From the NCBI GenBank assembly GCA_964404595.1, contig CAYOKQ010000003.1:1-46924 (forward strand): 46,924 nucleotides of DNA, written 5' to 3'. Below, one piece after another: positions 43,006-46,924 of the stretch. A program made the position numbers and the translations under genes. The first letter of the stretch is position 1, and each line of letters begins with the position of its first letter. The DNA is from an uncultured Methanosarcinales archaeon. Lineage in GTDB: Archaea; Nanobdellota; Nanobdellia; Woesearchaeales; GW2011-AR9. A model generated the notes under the pieces. It had not been told where the DNA came from. It ran no database searches and saw nothing but the letters and a program-made list of their open reading frames with translations.

Positions 43006-43998
43006 ATGTTTATGGCTATGGGTCTGGATATGAAAGATAGGAAAATCATGTACCAATTAGATATCGATTCGCGGCAGTCAAACTCAGAAATAGCTAAAAA
43101 AGTCGGGCTTTCCAAACAAGTGGTTGGTTTTCGAATTAAACGATTGCTTGCTGAAAAAATTATCTCTTCTTTCTATTCTGTTATTGATATTTCAAAATTG
43201 GGCTTTACGATCCATAAAAATTTTCTGCGATTACAAAATCTAAATCGCGAAAAAGAAAAAGAACTGGTTGGTTTTCTGACACATCATCCCCATATCGTCT
43301 GGGTAGCCAGTTGTGATGGAAAATTTGATCTGGCGTTTGGAACCTGGGCAAAAGATATGGATTTTCTGGATAAAACCATCACGGAACTCAATAAAAAATT
43401 TGGTGAATTTATCGCAGAGAGGCAAATCGCAACCATTATCCAAGGAAATTATTTTATAAGAGATTACCTGGCGCACAAAGAAAAACCAAGCACTTACCGA
43501 AGTTCATTTTTTGGTTCAATCCCTCTTCCTGTTAAGATGGATAACAATGATTGGAAAATTCTGGCTCTTTTAGGAAAAAATGCTCGTACATCAGTAGTGG
43601 ATATGACAGCAGAGGTTAAATTGAGTGTTGATGCTATTGCCCAGAGAATCAAAAAATTAGAGAATTCAGGAGTCATTCAGCATTATAATATTGTTCCCAA
43701 TGAATCAAAATATCCTTATTTACATTATAAAGTTCTGGTTGGATTTAGAAATATATCAGAAGAAAGAGAACGTTCTTTGAGAGAATATTGTAGAATAAAT
43801 CAGAATATCGTTTACATCGTAAAATCTCTTGGCCCTTGGGAATTTGAGATAGATATGGAAGTTGAAAATACAGAGCAATTTCGTGAGATTATGATGAGCA
43901 TCAAAACTGCATTTAGTGATATACTTAAAGATTATTCGGCATTACACATTTATCAGGTTCATAAATATAATTTTTGTCCGAGTATACTGATTTACTAA
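43006..43998 (+). CDS. Tandem Lrp/AsnC-type transcriptional regulator (two HTH plus ligand-domain modules fused)
   Basis: - Module 1: DRKIMYQLDIDSRQSNSEIAKKVGLSKQVVGFRIKRLLAEKII.
- Module 2: DWKILALLGKNARTSVVDMTAEVKLSVDAIAQRIKKLENSGVI.
- Start: the true start may be the Met at 43012, 43018 or 43030. Confidence 0.75.
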   Translation: MFMAMGLDMKDRKIMYQLDIDSRQSNSEIAKKVGLSKQVVGFRIKRLLAEKIISSFYSVIDISKLGFTIHKNFLRLQNLNREKEKELVGFLTHHPHIVWVASCDGKFDLAFGTWAKDMDFLDKTITELNKKFGEFIAERQIATIIQGNYFIRDYLAHKEKPSTYRSSFFGSIPLPVKMDNNDWKILALLGKNARTSVVDMTAEVKLSVDAIAQRIKKLENSGVIQHYNIVPNESKYPYLHYKVLVGFRNISEERERSLREYCRINQNIVYIVKSLGPWEFEIDMEVENTEQFREIMMSIKTAFSDILKDYSALHIYQVHKYNFCPSILIY

Positions 43999-44054
43999 CC
44001 ACAAACTGTGTGTGCAAACATTTAAATATAAGTCCTTATATACACTTATATAAG

Positions 44055-44321
44055 ATGCAAGAAACAGCCATTTTACATAGTCCCACCTTGGAATCCGTCT
44101 TTATGGTAGAGGAAACTATCCAGAAATTTAGCCAACAATGTGGCAAATATCAGCTCTGGAAAAAATTACCCAAAAAAATGATGTATCAAACGTTTCAAGT
44201 TATTTTAAACTATCTTGAACAATCCGGGAAAATAATCATCGATAAAGATGGTTGTATTATGTGGACTTTTAATCCGGAAAGAATTAAAAAACTTATTAAA
44301 GAGGATTCGATGGTACGATGA
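44055..44321 (+). CDS. Antitoxin-like small protein, possibly winged-helix
   Basis: From the Met at 44055: MQETAILHSPTLESVFMVEETIQKFSQQ...ILNYLEQSGKIIIDKDG. It has an ATGA overlap with the downstream toxin-like gene. Confidence 0.45.
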   Translation: MQETAILHSPTLESVFMVEETIQKFSQQCGKYQLWKKLPKKMMYQTFQVILNYLEQSGKIIIDKDGCIMWTFNPERIKKLIKEDSMVR

Positions 44322-44653
44322 ACAAAGATATTTCAGTTGCCTTCATAACTCCCAAAATTAAGCAAGAGTGGGAAGCACTTAAAGAAGGAAAATTTGAAGA
44401 CAAGCAACTGTACAAATTTATTGACAGGGCTATCGATGATCTCAAAGCAAATCCTACTTGTGGCATTAAAATTGAGAAGCGTCTTTGGCCTAAAGAATAT
44501 ATTCAAAAATTTTGTATGACTAATCTCTGGAAATATGATCTTCCTAACGCGTGGAGGTTGATTTATACAATCGAAACTGATGAAGTGAAAATTGTCAACA
44601 TCATTTTGGAATGGTTTGATCACAAAGAATATGAGAACCGTTTCAAGTATTAA
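44318..44653 (+). CDS. RelE/ParE-superfamily toxin-like protein
   Basis: AIDDLKANPTCGIKIEKRLWPKEY...NLWKYDLPNAWRLIYTIETDEVKIVNIILEWFDHKEYE is typical of RelE-fold toxins. Confidence 0.6.
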   Translation: MNKDISVAFITPKIKQEWEALKEGKFEDKQLYKFIDRAIDDLKANPTCGIKIEKRLWPKEYIQKFCMTNLWKYDLPNAWRLIYTIETDEVKIVNIILEWFDHKEYENRFKY

Positions 44654-44712
44654 TTCGAAGAAAAGAAGATTTTATAAAGAGATTTTGTTTACCATTATTC
44701 AAAGAGGTTCGC

Positions 44713-46191
44713 ATGAAATTTAGGGTTAAAGATATGGATATCGCCACCGGCGGCACACTGGTTGCCATCCTTAATATTAAAGATGCCCGCAAATTAGACC
44801 TTCGCAGCGGCGATCGTATCCTGATTAAAGATCATAATAGGGAAATCACCTGTATTCTAGATATCTCTGAGAGCAAAAAAGCAGTGCCCGAAGGCAAGAT
44901 AGGGTTATTTGAGGAAGTTCTCGATCGTCTCAATCTTCACCAAGGAAGTATTGTTGACATAAAATTAACCGGAAAGCCCGAATCAGTTGGCCACATCCGC
45001 GATAAACTGTACGGCAAACGTTTAACGTATGAAGAGCTATTTCATATCGTGAGTGATATCACGCATGATCGCTTAACCGACATTGAGAAAACATATTTTG
45101 TTGCCGGTTGTTTTGCCAATGAGCTTACGGATGATGAAGTGGTCGATTTGACCCGGGCCATGGTAGAGACGGGAAATAAGATTTATTTTAAAGGCATTAC
45201 CTGCGACAAACATTGCATCGGCGGCATTCCCGGCAATAGGACTACCCTGATTATAGTTCCGATTTTAGCCGCAGCAGGCATAACCATCGCCAAAACCAGT
45301 TCACGGGCAATTACGTCCCCAGCAGGAACTGCCGATACCATGGAATGTCTCGCTAATGTGGAATTGTCAGAAAAAAAAATCAAAGATGTCGTTCGAAAAA
45401 CCGGCGCGTGCATTGTCCACGGTGGCGCCATCAGCCTTGCTCCTGCCGATGATAAGATTATTGAAGTAGAACACCCGCTTTCCATCGATGCGGAGGGGCA
45501 GATGCTTGCCTCGGTCATGGCCAAAAAATATTCCGTGAGTGCTAATCATGTATTGATCGATATCCCCATGGGCAAAAGCACCAAAGCAAATACTTGGGGA
45601 AAGGCAAATCACTTAAAGCATAAATTCCAATTGATCGGCCGAAAATTAGGGATGAATGTGAAAGTGCTCGTGACCGACGGCTCACAGCCCATTGGTAACG
45701 GCATTGGCCCCGTACTTGAAGCCAAAGATGCATTGGCCATCTTACACCACGATCCTGCAGCTCCTGCTGATCTGAAAAAGAAATCACTGATGATGGCAGG
45801 AATATTATTGGAAATGGCTGGAAAATACCAAAAAGGAAAAGGCCTTGCTGCTGCCAAAGAGATACTCGAGAGCGGCAAAGCACTGCATAAGATGAACCAG
45901 CTCATCGAGGAGCAGGGAAGAAGAAAAATTCCTTCGCTCGGGGCATTTATTATCCCAGTGAAATCTACTAAAATCGGCAGAGTAAAAGAGATTGACAACG
46001 AAGTTATTGCCAAGATCGCTCGTATTGCCGGCGCTCCTGACGATAAAGGTGCGGGCATTTTCTTGGTTAAGAAAGTTCATGATCTCATAAAAAAAGGGGA
46101 TATTTTGTATACTGTCTATGCTGAAACTCAATTCAAGCAGAACTTAGTCAAAGAGTTTTTAACATCAGACAATGGATACAGAATTGCATAA
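44713..46191 (+). CDS. deoA: AMP phosphorylase (archaeal thymidine-phosphorylase family with an N-terminal extension)
   Basis: N-terminal MKFRVKDMDIATGGTLVAILNIKDA, then DKHCIGGIPGNRTTLIIVPILAAAG, TSSRAITSPAGTADTME and LIDIPMGKSTK. Confidence 0.8.
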   Translation: MKFRVKDMDIATGGTLVAILNIKDARKLDLRSGDRILIKDHNREITCILDISESKKAVPEGKIGLFEEVLDRLNLHQGSIVDIKLTGKPESVGHIRDKLYGKRLTYEELFHIVSDITHDRLTDIEKTYFVAGCFANELTDDEVVDLTRAMVETGNKIYFKGITCDKHCIGGIPGNRTTLIIVPILAAAGITIAKTSSRAITSPAGTADTMECLANVELSEKKIKDVVRKTGACIVHGGAISLAPADDKIIEVEHPLSIDAEGQMLASVMAKKYSVSANHVLIDIPMGKSTKANTWGKANHLKHKFQLIGRKLGMNVKVLVTDGSQPIGNGIGPVLEAKDALAILHHDPAAPADLKKKSLMMAGILLEMAGKYQKGKGLAAAKEILESGKALHKMNQLIEEQGRRKIPSLGAFIIPVKSTKIGRVKEIDNEVIAKIARIAGAPDDKGAGIFLVKKVHDLIKKGDILYTVYAETQFKQNLVKEFLTSDNGYRIA

Positions 46192-46657
46192 CATGACACG
46201 AAGAAACGATATAGATGTACTTGAAATTATCAAAAAGGAGATCAGTAAAGTAGAAAGCACTTTGGAAAAAGTTGATGAATTTTATCGCCAAGATCTGCGC
46301 AAATTAGATAGATTATCTGATTGGATCGCTGAATTTGGCGGCAGCTGGAGATTTATCAGCTTGTATATTCTGGTCTTAATAGGATGGATAGCTCTTAATT
46401 TGTGGGTACTGGTGGAGAAGCCTTTTGATCCTTATCCATTTATTTTGTTAAACCTGTTTCTGTCGATGACGGCAGCCTTGCAGGCCCCCATTATTCTGAT
46501 GGCGCAAAATAGAGCTGCACATCGGGATCAAACTCGGGTAGAGCTGGATTTAGAGAAAGACTTGCGTGACTTGCATATCGATGAAGGTTCGCATAAATTG
46601 TTATTGGAGATTAAAAATGATTTAGAAAAGATGAAGAATAAAGTGGGGGTAAAGTAA
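46172..46657 (+). CDS. DUF1003-type membrane protein
   Basis: DPYPFILLNLFLSMTAALQAPIILMAQNRAAHRD is the hallmark of DUF1003. It overlaps the deoA end by 20 nt. Confidence 0.65.
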   Translation: MDTELHNMTRRNDIDVLEIIKKEISKVESTLEKVDEFYRQDLRKLDRLSDWIAEFGGSWRFISLYILVLIGWIALNLWVLVEKPFDPYPFILLNLFLSMTAALQAPIILMAQNRAAHRDQTRVELDLEKDLRDLHIDEGSHKLLLEIKNDLEKMKNKVGVK

Positions 46658-46661
46658 GTTA

Positions 46662-46924
46662 TTATATAATCTCTTCAATACTCTCTCCTTTGTATACTAT
46701 TCCTTCTTTGAGAACTTTGGCATACCAGCCTCTTCTATTCTTTTCTTTGGTGGGGCAAAGTGAATTCATAAAAGCAGTGATTATTTCCGGTCCGACGTAT
46801 GGGAGCAGCTGCAAATTCCTGCAGGGAGTACAAGGCTCCGTAATTTGAATTTTTGCCAGCCCTATTTGGTATATTTTTCCCGGAGCAAAAGAGTTGTAGG
46901 GAATTCCTTGCGTGGTGATATTTT
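46662..46924 (-). CDS. MOSC-domain protein, C-terminal part (gene continues past the window end)
   Basis: My own minus-strand translation is ...NITTQGIPYNSFAPGKIYQIGLAKIQITEPCTPCRNLQLLPYVGPEIITAFMNSLCPTKEKNRRGWYAKVLKEGIVYKGESIEEII*. ITEPCTPC carries the conserved MOSC cysteine. Confidence 0.65.
   Translation of the reverse strand, partial: NITTQGIPYNSFAPGKIYQIGLAKIQITEPCTPCRNLQLLPYVGPEIITAFMNSLCPTKEKNRRGWYAKVLKEGIVYKGESIEEII

Noticed and set aside
45183-46131. Five minus-strand ORFs of 81-149 aa
   Set aside because: They are antisense shadows inside the relatively GC-rich AMP phosphorylase gene.
1-46924. CRISPR arrays, rRNA genes, transposases, integrases
   Set aside because: I found no regularly spaced direct repeats, no rRNA-like conserved stretches and no DDE, tyrosine or serine recombinase motifs in any long ORF. 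The recurring TATCC/GGATA motifs near 37390-37580 are hairpin arms, not an array.

Overview
The window looks like a low-GC, gene-dense archaeal contig, probably from a DPANN-like organism. Supporting signs are an archaeal B-family DNA polymerase N-terminus, a RadB-type recombinase, archaeal uS2, an AMP phosphorylase, intron-bearing tRNA genes, and AT-rich TATA boxes about 25-30 nt upstream of many start codons, which suggests leaderless transcripts. I saw no rRNA, CRISPR array, transposase or integrase.

Content:
1. Housekeeping and repair genes: polB fragment, RNase HIII-like, RNase HII-like, radB, rps2 and an AMP phosphorylase.
2. At least five toxin-antitoxin-type modules: RelE/ParE x3, VapBC and an orphan HicB.
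3. A roughly 9.7 kb single-strand envelope-glycan operon at 25134-34847. It encodes a UbiA prenyltransferase, a duplicated PEP-utilising swivel-domain protein, three GT-C-like membrane proteins, a CxxC thioredoxin-fold protein and a processive GT2.
4. A CofD/YvcK-HAD-nucleotidyltransferase operon.
5. Several operons made up only of unrecognisable proteins.

The observations I consider most worth follow-up:
- The PEP-utilising protein with two swivel modules that share a 102-nt near-identical stretch, embedded in the glycan operon.
- A TA cassette bracketed by a duplicated 3-prime end of a 711-aa split TIM-barrel gene.
- A three-gene operon of unknown function (13286-16044).
- A translationally coupled zinc-ribbon plus 484-aa orphan pair (22877-24489).
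- A roughly 270-nt strongly nested structured RNA (34908-35176) that I cannot classify.
- A tRNA-Val that only folds if up to three insertions are removed.
- A tRNA-Ile-like 5-prime portion with no visible 3-prime half.

Several enzymes here also have degenerate catalytic motifs (HIT x2, RNase HII, Nudix, AsnB). All family calls come from motif recognition by eye. No database search was run.
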